Shown here piece after piece: positions 36,706-50,149 of a stretch of DNA of 64,000 nt. The first letter of the stretch is position 1, and each line of letters starts with the position of its first letter. The translations under genes were made by a program, and so were the position numbers. The notes beneath the pieces were generated by a model. It was not told the origin of the DNA. It did not search any database and was given only the letters and a program-made list of their open reading frames with translations. Origin of the DNA: Octopus sinensis (taxonomy: Eukaryota); assembly GCF_006345805.1 (NCBI RefSeq), contig NC_043015.1:40486001-40550000 (forward strand), read 5' to 3'.

Positions 36706-38666
36706 CATAATTCCTCATCTCTTACATATAGAACTGTATCTTCTATACGTGTTTTGGAATATATCTTGGAGAGTCAGGATGAAAAAATTCACTGCGGAGA
36801 GACATTTTGAACACCCTGTAGAAACGTTATGAATTGAAAATGAGTCACACACACACACACAGAGTATAGTTAGGCACTGTCCTCCCACACTCGCAGACAA
36901 AATACATCCCCACTCAATAAACAGCTGCCAACACATAGACATACACACGTCTTGTCTGTAGCTGTGTCTGTATTTTGGTTTCCTATTTATTCAAGAATTG
37001 TCATTTGTCTAACAACAGTGGAACTTGGTTAAAGATTGTCTTGTACTAATTTCTGGCTACAGAACTAACTACAAGCTTTAAATATAGTGTGTGTGTGTGC
37101 TTATTTATGTATAGTAATTCATTTGTTTTATGTACATTTTTTCATGCTAGCATGGGTCAGATGAGTATTTGTTAAGATGCTATTTTATAGCTGGATGCCC
37201 TTCCTGTTGGGAATCCTCAGCTTTTTCTCAAGTAGTGCTAATGAGAACATACACACATGTAACAACACTACCCTGTGTATGTGTATGTATACACACACAT
37301 GCACACAGAGTAAGACGGATAATTTGGTAAAATGACAAAGTACCACCAGACCAATCTGAAAATCAGGAGCTCAGGATATTCCACCGAAGAAAATTCCTGA
37401 ACACTGCAAATCAGAACTGTTAAAATATATACAACTGACCAACAATGACTGACCACTAACCCTCAAACATTGCCAGAAATAACTACAGCCATTCTATGTC
37501 CAAAAATGTCGTCTTGATGAAATAATATAACTATTGGACTAAATAGGAAATGTCCATGGGGTGAAGTACCAAGAATTTGTTTCGTCCAAAATTAATTCTT
37601 TGGCCAATTTATTGCTTTTTTATCCATATTGTTTAGAAATGACCAGGCATCATCCCGTAACTTCAGTATTGCGATAATATGATTGTATATTTTTAGAATG
37701 GCATTGTAGGTTAGGTGTGAGAGGTTGGATCTGGTCAATTTTAAACTTAAAACAGGTAGAATACTTTGGTTGGATAAGGCTGGTTTGAAGGTTAAAGGAT
37801 TAATGATCAAGTTAATAATCTGGTAACAGAGAGGACATCTTATTACTTGTCTATTTAAGGGTGAATTTATGACATAAGAGAACACCTTATGACTGGTCAT
37901 CTAAGGGTGAATTTATGGGGCCTGTATTGTAATGAAGTACTCAATACATGTAACTGGATTTATTTAATTTCCGTTTCTTTCATTATGCTGAGATTCCCCA
38001 ATATAACCACTGAGAGTCTCCTATTATTTGAAAATGCACGAACTATTTGCACTCACCTCGACCTGCCTCCCTGTCCCTCCCCCCGCCTCTTTAATAGGGC
38101 CTGCACACAGGACCTCAGTTCAGTTCCATTGTGCATCACCCCATAAAACAAATTTATGCATTACAAAACTGGCGCAGGGATACAAAGTCGCTGCAGATGC
38201 AGCAAAATAAACCCAGCTGCATCAAACAAAACAGCAACAACAAAAATGCAACAAAGAAAAAGGAAAAGCCGACAGCAACCTCTGTGTGTGGGTGTGTGTG
38301 AGTATGTGTGTGTATGAGTGTACGTATGTGTGTGTTGTGTGTGCGCAGCATTTATTGTAACAGGTGACAGCGGAGGTGCAATAATTTTGATGTGAAAATG
38401 CGCAGTAAATTGCAACCAGCTAGTTGCAAAGAGATATTTATCTCCACATGACAGTTAAAAACACTCGGAGCACAGAAAGCACTGATAGCAAACAAGTCCA
38501 AAAACATCAGGTCGTCAACTCGAAACAATAACATACACCAACCACCCACCCACCCTGCCCACTCTATCACCCGGCACCCCACCCTCATCCCTGTAAATTC
38601 AGTTGATTAACCCTGTGACATTTATGACACGTCACAATATTAGTAATAAAGGTATATATATATATA

Positions 38667-39073
38667 CTCTTTACTCTTTTACTTGTTTCAGTCATTCGAC
38701 TGCGGCCATGCTGGAGCACCGCCTTTAGTCGAGCAAATCGACCCCGGGACTTATTCCTTTTAAAGCCCAGTACTTATTCTATCGGTCTCTTTTGCCGAAC
38801 CACTAAGTTACGGGGACGTAAACAAACCAGCATCGGTTGTCAAGCGATGTTGGGGGGTGGGACAAACACAGACACACAAACATACACACACACACATACA
38901 TACATATACATATATACGACAGGCTTCTTTCAGTTTCCGTTTACCAAATCCACTCATAAGGCTTTGGTCAGCCCGAGGCTATAGCAGAAGACACTCGTCC
39001 AAGGTGCCACGCACTGTGACTGAACCCGGAACCATGTGGTTGGTAAGCAAGCTACTTACCACACAGCCACTCC
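38667..39073 (-). mobile_element. SINE family A, near full length
   Basis: Collinear with 11349-11761. Confidence 0.9.
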
Positions 39074-39525
39074 ATGTGTGTGTGTGTAGTATGTGTGTGC
39101 ATATAGGTAATGTATTTTTGTGTATTATATGTAAATGTGTGTGTAGAGATAATATATGAAGATGTGTGTGTAAGTTGTAAGCATAGCTGTGTGGTTAAAA
39201 GGTTTGTTTCACAACCACAAGGTTCAAGGTTTGATCCCATTGAATGATAGCTTGACCAAGAGTCTCCCATTGTAGCTTTGAGTTTAACTGACACCTTGCA
39301 AGTGGAATGTGGGAGATGGAAATTGCAGGGAAGCCTGCCTTGGGTGTATTATTTCACAAGGCAGTTAGATATGAATCGAGGAAAATTTGACTGCTATTTC
39401 TAGGAAGTTGAGTAACCACATAGAGACTCGTTAATTTGATGGAGGCAGTTTTAGTGGTGAGGTGCTGAGTGCTAGATGATGACAAGGAAACAGTATGGTG
39501 CTGTGATACCCATCCAATCCATACC

Positions 39526-39746
39526 TATTTCTTTACTACCCACAAGAGGCTAAACACAGAGAGGACAAACAAACGGATTAAGCCGATTATATTGACCCCA
39601 GTGCGTAACTGGTACTTATTTAATTGACCCCGAATGGATGAAAGGCAAAGTCGACCTTGGTGGAATTTGAACTCAGAATGTAGCGCCAGACGAAATACTG
39701 CTAAGCATTTCGCCCGGCGTGCTAATGATTCTGCCAGTTCGCCACC
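39526..39746 (-). mobile_element. SINE family B, full length, with 18-bp TSD
   Basis: ACCCATCCAATCCATACC (39508-39525) and ACCCATTCAATCCATACC (39753-39770). Confidence 0.9.
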
Positions 39747-40499
39747 TAAATGACCCATTCAATCCATACCATCGTGTGTGTGTGTGTGACAGAAATGTAG
39801 GAATGTAAATGGGTGACCATATGCTATAATTCCAACATAGGAGACATGGAGGTAAAAAGATGACAATGGTGATGATGATGATACCAATGGTGATGGTGGT
39901 GATGGTGATAAGATAGGAGTCCCCTTACTGCTTACTGGTATCACATTTGCTATTTCATAGAAGACACACACACACACACACATTGTGTTCTTGAGCAAAA
40001 CACTCGACTTCACATTGTTCCAGTCCACTCAGCTTGCAAAAATGAGTCACCCTGAGAGGGACTGTCGTCCCATCCAGGTGGAGAGTATATATGCCATGGA
40101 AACAGGGTAACTGACTCCATGAGTTTATATGATACGGGGGAAGGAGCTTTACTTTTCTTTTATAGAAACACACGACAAACACGAAAGCGAAAAAAAAAAG
40201 AAGCTTTGTAAAGAGAAAAAAAAAGACAAAGAAGTAAATAAAATAGCGCCCCCCTTTTTATTTTTTGAAAATGGTAATTGCAAAAAAAAAAACATGGATG
40301 TTTAAGGGAATTAACTAAGCTAAAGGCACCACCCTGTCTCACACCCCAAAGGAGTACATTGAAAGAAGCAGGGTATCAACATCAACGTGCCTCACACCCC
40401 CAGGGGGAATATATTGAACGAAGCAAGCCTTGGGTTTATAAACAGAGTTCTCCAGGTCTGGTTATTTACAGAATCACAACATACAGAGGTGACATTCTA

Positions 40500-40722
40500 C
40501 AGTAAACCCTCACCATATCGCAGTTCACCTATCGCAGTTTATTATTTAAGCTTACGTCAGATTCCTCTGTGGTGTCGTTTTGCATTTACAACAAAATAAA
40601 TATATACAAATAATAAAAAAACAATAGCAAAAATATACAGTACAGTATTGTTTTTACTTTGTGGATATTCACTTCGCGGGGGTTTTTGGAATGTAACACT
40701 CACAATAGACAAAGGATTACTA
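40500..40722. mobile_element. Tigger-type MITE
   Basis: Termini TA-CAGTAAACCCT / AAGGATTACTA; related to 18179-18615. Confidence 0.65.
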
Positions 40723-40732
40723 TCTTCATCGA

Positions 40733-41250
40733 CACATGTTGTTTAGAGCTGAGAGGGAGTGCTAGACTCCCTTGTTCAAAAATATAAGGACACAGATCGT
40801 GTTGTATAGCCAGCTGGAGACGATGTCCCCTGGGGCTAAATTACAGCAACATTCGTCCTAAACCAGGACTGCCAAGTTATGTTGGCAAACAATCTTTACT
40901 ACAAAGTACTGTTGCTGAATATCTTTCGTTGTGAGATTTGCAAATAGTAGTTTTCTAATTTATAGATCTCTGACTTAGTTGTCACTTTGAAAACTATATA
41001 TTTCGAACAGGAATTTAGCAGTGCCACCTTGAGCCGAACAATTATTCTGTGCTGATGAAGGGAAATAACCTGGAAATCGCAATACACAGATATTGTTTTG
41101 AGCTGAGTGGGGGTGCTAGATTCCCTTGTTCAAAATATAAGGACACAGATCATGTCATATAGCCAACTGGAGACGATGTCTCTTGGGGCCAAATTACAGC
41201 AACATTCGTCCTAAACCAGGACTGCCATGTTATGTTGGCAAACAAACTTT
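40733..41250 (+). mobile_element. Tandem ~352-bp repeat (about 1.5 units) with a hammerhead-like motif at the unit junction; retrozyme or Penelope pLTR-like
   Basis: 40733-40897 is repeated at 41085-41250; motif 41046-41090 TCTGTG-CTGATGA-AGG..CCTG-GAAA-TCGCAA-TA-CACAGA. Confidence 0.7.
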
Positions 41251-41873
41251 AGTCTATTAGCTTGTCACAAGAATTTCCGCTACTCTCCAGACTACCTCCC
41301 TATTAGGCCCCTAGCTCTGTAAGGGACTTCTTTGTTTAGAAAAGGAAGATGACCCTTGTCCGGAGGGTGAGGGGTTAAATTTGGAAGTTGTTGCTGCTGC
41401 TGTCACCAAGTGTCACCTGAATTTGATCCCCGACCACTGACGTTATATAATGAGCACGCAATGGTAAGTGTAAGAAGAGATGTGACCATTAAGATTTCCC
41501 CTTCCAAATTAAAACAAGACTAATTAGAAACAGGACATTTTGTGAGGAATCAAATTCTTGGCAGAAATGGTAAGCAAGTGTTGTTATATCTTTTTATGTG
41601 GGGTTCTTGGAGACTTTATGTCTTTGCATTATGGCTTCGTTAACCCTGCCTTGAAGAATTTTTAGGCAAATAAATCAAACTCACCAACATTGGCTCTCAA
41701 GTAATTGCAGGACACGAACATTGACACGCACACACACACACACAAGGGGCTTCTTCCAGTTTCCGGGTTGGCATGAAGCATTACTTAGAAGACACTTGCT
41801 GAAGGTACCACGCAGTGGAACCGCACCTGGAACCGTGGAGATGGGAAGCAAGCTTCTTATCACACGTCCATGC

Positions 41874-41906
<33 letters not shown>

Positions 41907-42111
41907 CACATACAGAGAAAGAAAGTACATGTATATATAAACACAATCATCATCATCATTGTCATCATCATCTTCATCATTTAGGTCTGCTTTTCATGCT
42001 GGCATGGGTTGGATGGGTTGTCACAGTTTGAATCATAGAATCAATTCATATTTGAGGGTTATTATTCACAATCATTAATCCCTATTATCATAAATACAGT
42101 GAAGGTTATGA

Positions 42112-42151
42112 TCTGCTGATGAGATCAGAATAACACCGAAACATGTTCAGA
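42112..42151 (+). ncRNA. Degenerate minimal hammerhead-like motif
   Basis: TCTG-CTGATGA-G..ACC-GAAA-CATG-TT-CAGA; stem II poorly paired. Confidence 0.5.
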
Positions 42152-44602
42152 GTTGTCTCCCATACTTTCCAGACGAAAATGTAAATAATTATAGTCATTG
42201 ATCAATTATTCTTATTCTATTACATTTTCATTTTTAATTAGTGTATTTATTATTCTTCCTGCATTAACATAATTGGCTAATAAAATATAGCAATTATGTG
42301 GTTAGCTATGGCTACCACAGCATTAGCTGTCAAACTACTTCACTTGTAGACAAATGGTGTGTGTGTGTTTGTGTGGTTATATTCTTTTACTTGTTTCAGT
42401 CATTAGATTGTGGCCATTCTGGGGCACGGCTTCAAGAGTTTTAGTTGAATGGATCGATTCCAATACATATTCTTTTAAGGCCGGTACTTATTCCATTGGG
42501 CTTTTTTTTTTTTTTTACCAAACTGCCAAGTTACAGGGTGATGAATACACGAACATTGGTTTCCAAGTGGTGTTAAGGGACATGGACACACGCACACACA
42601 CACACACACACAGGGTGGGCTTCTTTCAGTTTCCATCTGCCAAATCCACTCACAAGGCTTTTGGTTGATCTGACACTATAGTAGCAAGACACTTGTCCTA
42701 GGTGTCACACAATGGGACTGAACCTGGAACCATGTGCACGTGTGTCCCCATCCGTTCTAAAGACACTGCACCTACCCCAGAGAAGTCATCTTATACAAGC
42801 TAAGGAGGGGGTGTTTCTGTTGCCATTTGATGTGCTACAAATGGCAGTCAACTTCCCCTCAAAATAAGAACAACAGCATAATTATGTGCCCCTGACTGAG
42901 AAAGGAAAGTGATTGGATGGTCATGATTGGAACGTCTGTGATCATAAACCTGCAGGATCAGAGGTGATCTGGGACTCAACAACAACAACAAATAATCTCA
43001 CAAAAACAAAAAATCCTAACCATGTGGTAAGAAGCTTGCTTCCCAACCACATGGTTCTGGGTTCAGTCCCACTGCATGGCACCTTGGGCAAGTGTCTTTC
43101 ACTAAAGCCCCAGGCTGAACAAAGCCTTGAGAGTGGATTTGGTAGATGGAAATTGAAAGAAGCCTGTTGTGTGTGTCTTTGTGTCCATCTGTCCCCACCC
43201 CCACCCCAATGTTTAACAACTGGTGTTAGCCTGTTTACATCCCCATAACTTAGCAGTTCAGTAAAAGAGACTGATAGAATAAGTACCAGGGGCTTCAAAA
43301 AATAAAGAAGTCCTGGGGGTCATTTCGTTCAACTACAACTTATTCAAGGCAGTGCCCCAGCATGGCGACAGTCTAATGATTATAACAAGCAAAAGATAAA
43401 AAAAAAAACTACAAAATTGTAGAGAAACTGTACATATCTAATACACAACACATTCCCCCCATTACTCTCAAAGGGATGTAAGAAAGAAACGAACAAAAGC
43501 AAGGAGGAGGGCAGTACAAGGGGGGTGAGTGTAGGGGGTATTCCCTTTTGTGTTCCTGGAGGCAAGACGATCCTCTGGTATTGGACACAGAATCAACTAA
43601 GACAATATACAGCAGGGAGGACATTTCAGGTTTACTAGGGTTAAGACAACCTCTCGAAGGCGGCAAGCTGGCAGAAAAGTTAGCATGTCGGGCGAAATGC
43701 TTAGCAGTATTTCGTCTGTCTTTATGCTCTGAGTTCAAATTCCACTGAGATCGACTGTGCCTTTCATCCTTTTGGAGTCAACAAATTAAGTACCAGTTGC
43801 ATACTGGGGTGAATCTAATCGACTGCCCTCCCCCACTCCTCCCTTTTCTCTTATCAAAGAATCTTCTTCCAGCATTTGCCACCTTGCCTTGGCTGAGCCT
43901 AAAGGCCCTCCCTGTTTGTATTCGTTTTGTTTGTTAGGTTTGTTGTACCAACTTTGACCCTCTGCAAATCCCCAATTTTTTTATTTTGGGTAACAGGAGT
44001 AACTGCCTTCAAAATCTTATCTTGTCATCAATTGCTTGAAATAAGGAGTAGACAGACGGACAGCCGACAACTGATGAAGGCTCGGGTTTTTTATGTTACT
44101 GGTCTTGTTTTTCATTTGTTTCTCTCATTGTTTTACATACCCAACATTATTTTCATATTTCATGTTTGTTTATGTTTTGTGGCGGCCTGTACCCATATAT
44201 ATATCATCATCATCATCATCATCATCATTTAGCGTCCGTTTTCCATGCTAGCATGGGTTGGACGGTTCTACTGGGGTCTGTGAAGCCAGAAGGCTTCATC
44301 AGGCCCAGTCAAATCTGGCAGTGTTTCTACGGCTGGATGCCCTTCCTAACGCCAACCACTCCGTGAGTGTAGTGGGTGCTTTTTACGTGCCACCCGCACT
44401 GGTGCCAGACAGAGCTGGCAAACGGCCACGAACGGATGGTGCTTTTTATGTGCCACCGGCACGAGGGCCAGGCGAGGCTGGCAACGGACACGAAACGGGG
44501 CGGTGCTGGCAACGGTCGCGAAACGGAAAGTTCTCTTACATGCCACCGGCACTGGTAACACATCTGCAATTTCCATTGATCGATTTCCATTGATCGATTT
44601 CG

Positions 44603-44639
<37 letters not shown>

Positions 44640-44645
<6 letters not shown>

Positions 44646-44830
44646 GGAGAGTTCACGAAAAAAACAAAAGACGAAGACAGGTGGTGTACAAAACAAATAG
44701 ATGGATTAGTATAACACTCAGGAAATTGAAAAAGTCCTTTACGTTTCGAGCCTAAGCTCTTCTACAGAAAGGGACACAGAAAAGAAACAAGGAGAGAAGA
44801 AAATGTGTGTAGTGGCTAACAATCTATCAT
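44640..44830 (-). mobile_element. Second copy of the Penelope-like repeat with the CTGTAGA hammerhead-like motif (44736-44772)
   Basis: Homologous to 31380-31572; CCTTT-CTGTAGA-A-GAGC-TTAG-GCTC-GAAA-CG-TA-AAGG. Confidence 0.6.
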
Positions 44831-44906
44831 ATAAGTGTATATATATATTATATATATATATTATATATATATATATATATACTTATGCATGTACATGCGT
44901 CTATAC

Positions 44907-44950
<44 letters not shown>

Positions 44951-47204
44951 GAGAGAGAGAGAGTCAACATAGCTGTCAGAGATAACAAATGGAAAAAAAA
45001 TTAAAATGACATTCCATTGAACTGTGGCATCACAACCACCACAGCACAGCACCATCATCATCATCATCATGAATACAAATAACCGTTCTCTCTCACACAC
45101 ACACCCCGCCCTGTTCCATCTCCTAATATCAACATCTTTGTTTAACCTGTAATATGATAAACACAGACACACACACACACACACTGTTATTCCATCACAT
45201 CCATTAATGTAGGTCAGTATAGTGCAGATTATGACTAATAGATCACAGTCACCCAAATACAAGAAAACAAATTCAGATACACACACACACATCTGTTGTT
45301 GCTGTTGTTGTTGTTTTCATTGCTCAACGCCAGGTCAGTCCTGATCCAGCAGAATTCATGATCAAATCCGTTCCACCCATGACCATATTGTCTTTCTGTA
45401 TATCGCAAAACATTACAGCCCGATGTCTCACCCCTTTTAAAGCCAGACAGCATTTGACATGAAAGGAGACAGCTAATTAAGAGGTATGCTATTCTCTGGT
45501 GGCAGCAGTAGTAGTTGTAGTAGTAGTAGCAGCAGCAATACCAAGATAGGCTTAGTAGATATTGGGTAAGTAGCTGGACCAGGTTAATCATAAACAAGCC
45601 GAGTGAAACCCTATTGAGGTATTTCAGAAGTAATCCTTATATTCTACCCTCAATTCACCCTGTTTCTGAATCATTTGGGAAAGTTGAGATGTGATGGACA
45701 GCATCCTGTCCCCACCAAAGTGCCGACAAGTTGATTACATTGACCCCCAGTGTTTTACTGGTACTTAATTTATCAACCCCCACCCCGTACTGCTGCCCAG
45801 CATTTACCCTGGCATGCTAACAATTCTGTCAGCTTGACACCAAAATAACAGCACAACAGTAATCTTTTCTACTAAATACACGAGGCCTCTAATTTTGGGG
45901 GTGTCCTAGGGACTAGTCAATGACATCAACCCCACTGCTTGACTGGCCCTTATTTCATCGACCCAGGAAGGATGGGAGACAAAGTCAACCTCGGTGGAAT
46001 TTGAACTCAGAATGTCGGTGACACGTAAAGAGCACAAACCGATCGTGGCCATTTGCCAGCCTCCCCTGGCCCCTGTGCCGGTGACACGTAAAAAGCACCA
46101 AATACACTCTGCCGAGTGGTTGGTGTCAGGAAGGGCATCCAGCTGTAGAAACCATGCCCCATCAGACTGGGGCCTGGCACAGCTTCCTGGCTTCCCAGAT
46201 CTTGGTCGAACCGTCCAACCCATGCTAGCATGGAAAACAGACGTTAAACGATGAGGATGATGATGAACAAAAAGACAGAGGAAATGCTGTGAAGCATTTT
46301 TGCCTGGGATGCTGAAGGTTCTGCCAGCTCACCATGATGATGATGATGATGATAGTAGTAGTGGTGGTGGTGGTAGTAGTAGCAGCAGCAGCAGTATAAT
46401 TTCTATCATAGGCACAATGCCAGCAACTTGGAGAGGATGGTGGGGTTAGTTAATTAAATTGACCCCAGTAAACTGACTGGTACTCTATTTATTATCCCTG
46501 GAGAGATGAATGAAAGGTACAGCTGACTTCAGTGGGATTTGAACTCAGAACATTAAGATCCGGAAGGAAGGCTGCCAAGCATTTCGTCTGGCACTGTAAC
46601 AAGTGTGATAACTTGTTACCTTAACAACAACATCATCAACAATAGTAGTAGTAGTAGTAGTAGTAGCAGCAGCAGTAGTAGTATTACAAGGTTTAACTTA
46701 CGGGTAGGAGGATATTGAAAAGACATGAATAATAAATGGAAAGATGTGAAAATAATAAAAAGATGTGAACAAATACAAACAGATGTTGAAATGAATAAAA
46801 CAGATGAGAAAATGATGAATAGATGTGAAAAATCTATAAACAGATGTGAAAATAATATATAGATGTGGAGATAAATGAAGTTGATGAGAAAATAAAATTA
46901 ATAGATGTTGAAATGACAAAAAAAAGAAAATAATAAAGATGTGGAAACAGACAGACACAAACAAACAAACAGATGTGATATTTCAGATAAATAACTTATT
47001 TATGTTTTTCCCCCCCCTCAACAAAAAACTATCAGTTGAGGGATTTCATTCCATGAATAAATAAATAATTTTTACATTACATAAGGGGCAGCACACACAC
47101 ACACACACACACGCATTAATGTGTGTGTATGTGTGTGTGTGTGTATCAGTGATATTAAGAAGAAGAATAATCAATGTAAACCACAATTGTTTACACACAG
47201 AGCA

Positions 47205-47392
47205 ACACACACACACACATCACAACATACAAACACACACACACACACATCACAACATACAAACACACACATCACAACATACAAACACACACATCACAAC
47301 ATACAAACACACACATCACAACATACAAACACACACACACACACATCACAACATACAAACACACACATCACAACATACAAACACACACACAC
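47205..47392. repeat. Minisatellite ACACACATCACAACATACAA with variable (CA)n
   Basis: Direct reading, about 8 units. Confidence 0.85.
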
Positions 47393-47444
47393 AGAGTAAT
47401 ATTACAAAAGCATGTCCCCTCCCACCAAAGGCCTGAAAGGAAAC

Positions 47445-48260
47445 TTGATTTGCTAGAAATAACAGCGAAATGTCCCATAAATTGGATTTTGCTAGAAATA
47501 ACAGCTAAATGCCTCATAAATTTGATTTTGCTAGAAATAACAGCTAAATGTCCCATAAATTGGATTTTGCTAGAAATAACAGCTAAATGCCCCATAAATT
47601 TGATTTTGCTAGAAATAACAGCTAAATGTCCCATAAATTTGATTTTGCTAGAAATAACAGCTAAATGCCCCATAAATTTGATTTTGCTAGAAATAACAGC
47701 TAAATGTCCCATAAATTGGATTTTGCTAGAAATAACAGCTAAATGCCCCATAAATTTGATTTTGCTAGAAATAACAGCTAAATGTCCCATAAATTGGATT
47801 TTGCTAGAAATAACAGCTAAATGCCCCATAAATTTGATTTTGCTAGAAATAACAGCTAAATGTCCCATAAATTGGATTTTGCTAGAAATAACAGCTAAAT
47901 GTCCCATAAATTGGATTTTGCTAGAAATAACAGCTAAATGCCCCATAAATTTGATTTTGCTAGAAATAACAACTAAATGTCCCATAAATTGGATTTTGCT
48001 AGAAATAACAGCTAAATGTCCCATAAATTGGATTTTGCTAGAAATAACAGCTAAATGTCCCGTAAATTTGATTTTGCAAGAAATAACAGCTAAATGTCCC
48101 ATAAATTTGATTTTGCTAGAAATAACAGCTAAATGCCCCATAAATTTGATTTTGCTACAAATAACAGCTAAATGCCCCATAAATTTGATTTTGCAAGAAA
48201 TAACAGCTAAATGTCCCATAAATTTGATTTTGCTAGAAATAACAGCTAAATGTCTCATAA
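47445..48260. repeat. 39-bp minisatellite, about 21 copies
   Basis: Unit TTGATTTTGCTAGAAATAACAGCTAAATGTCCCATAAAT; no spacers. Confidence 0.97.
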
Positions 48261-50078
48261 GTCACACACTACTGTTTTATAGAATGGAAGGACACCTCAG
48301 AAGAAGATAGGAAAATGGTGCTGGAGCATCTTTTATGGACAGGTCAATTGGATCCGAACAGACCTTGGGCTAAACAACAACCTCTATAGCCATGAACCCA
48401 AAGTAGTATACATTCTATAATGTAGTCCTAGATACACTGTCTTGCCTGGGGAAAAAGATTGGATGGTGACAACAGGAACATCATTGATCACACAAGGGCT
48501 GGATCAAGGGCTGACCTGGGGTTAAACAACCACTACACACACACACACACACACTAGATATAGGAAGAAACAAGGAAGTATATAAAATACCATGGCTAAA
48601 ACACATATCTTGACTCGACAGTAGGGAGTTTATCGATCTTATGGTAATGATAGATGTACTGAGATTAAGTAGTAAATACAGGCGTAATTCCTCTGTAATA
48701 ACTATGACAGCACTCAGCACTGGAAGAAGATGCTAGATATATAGTGCTCCCACTACTTGCAGTGATGCTCAGAGGAAAGATAAAGATGACTCAAGATGGG
48801 ATTTGAACTTCAAGCATAAATGGATGTAAATACAACAAGGCACTCTGTCTGCCAGCCACCAGCAATCTCTTGGGACTCTATACACACATTTACCTATACA
48901 TACATATATATATACGATGGGCTTCTTTCAGTTTCCGTTTACCAAATCCACTCATAAAGCTTTGGTTGGCCCAAAGCTATAGTAGAAGACACTTGCCCAA
49001 GATGCCACGCAGTGGGACTGAACCTGGAACCAAGTGGTTGGGAAGCAACCTTCTTACTACAATAAAACTATACACACACCACATCTCTCTCTCTCTCTCT
49101 CCATACACAAAACACTCTTTGAGGGGTGGGGCAGAGGATAGAGTAGGAAATAATCTGGTGTTAGTGGTGATGATGATGATGGTGGTGGTAATGATGATGA
49201 TGAAAATGAAGGCTAATAACAACATCAACATCGCTGTTATCCCTGTTAGACATAGCAGCCAAATTCCCTTCAAATTACACAATACCCATATTTGAAAAAA
49301 GACACATTGGATTATGTGGTCTTGGGTTCCCCCGCACATGTGATGGTCATGGCTGGACTATCTAGATTCCTAAGTGTGGTTGATCAGTGTTGGCCTGGGG
49401 CTAAACACGAGCACCACCACTGTCATCATCACCAAAACAACAACAACAACAACAATGTGAGTGATCAGGCTTAATCTAGAGTTAAACAACAGCAACCTGC
49501 TCAGTCAGAGTTGACCCAGGGCTAAACAACAGTCCCCATTGTGTGTATGTGTATATGCATATATACATATGTGTATATATGTGTGTGTGTATTGGTCGGG
49601 ATTGTCTGGTGATTTCTAAGACCAACGACCCAAAAAACAATAACAACAACAACCACTGCTCTAAGACTGTAGCAGCAGCAACAGTAGTAGCCGTAGTAGT
49701 AGTAGTAGCAATAGCTCGCAGGACAATTTAGATGAATAATCACCATGGAAACACGCAAGTAACTAAGCAACACAACTGCTGCTGTTGTTGCTGAAGATGT
49801 CAGTGCTGATGTAGTTGTTGGTGATGATGATGATGTTGTTTGGCTGTGGTGTGTGTATGTGTGTGTTTGTATGTGTAAGAGTTTGTATGCATATGTTAAT
49901 GTGTTCATATACATATTTGTGTGTGTGTGTGTGTGTGTTTGTGTCCAAGTGTATCGGTATGTGTTTATATGCCTGTATGTGTACGTGTGTGAACATCACA
50001 TACCAACGTATACAGGTTTGCAAGCATGTCACACACACACACACATATATATATACTCTCTTTTACTCTTTACTCTTT

Positions 50079-50149
<71 letters not shown>

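Noticed and set aside
44071-44100. CTGATGAAGG hammerhead-like start
   Set aside because: No downstream GAAA or closing stems.
47368-48310. 296-aa and 286-aa ORFs on opposite strands; CRISPR-like periodicity
   Set aside because: They are translations of a 39-bp (13-codon) tandem repeat; there are no unique spacers and no cas genes.
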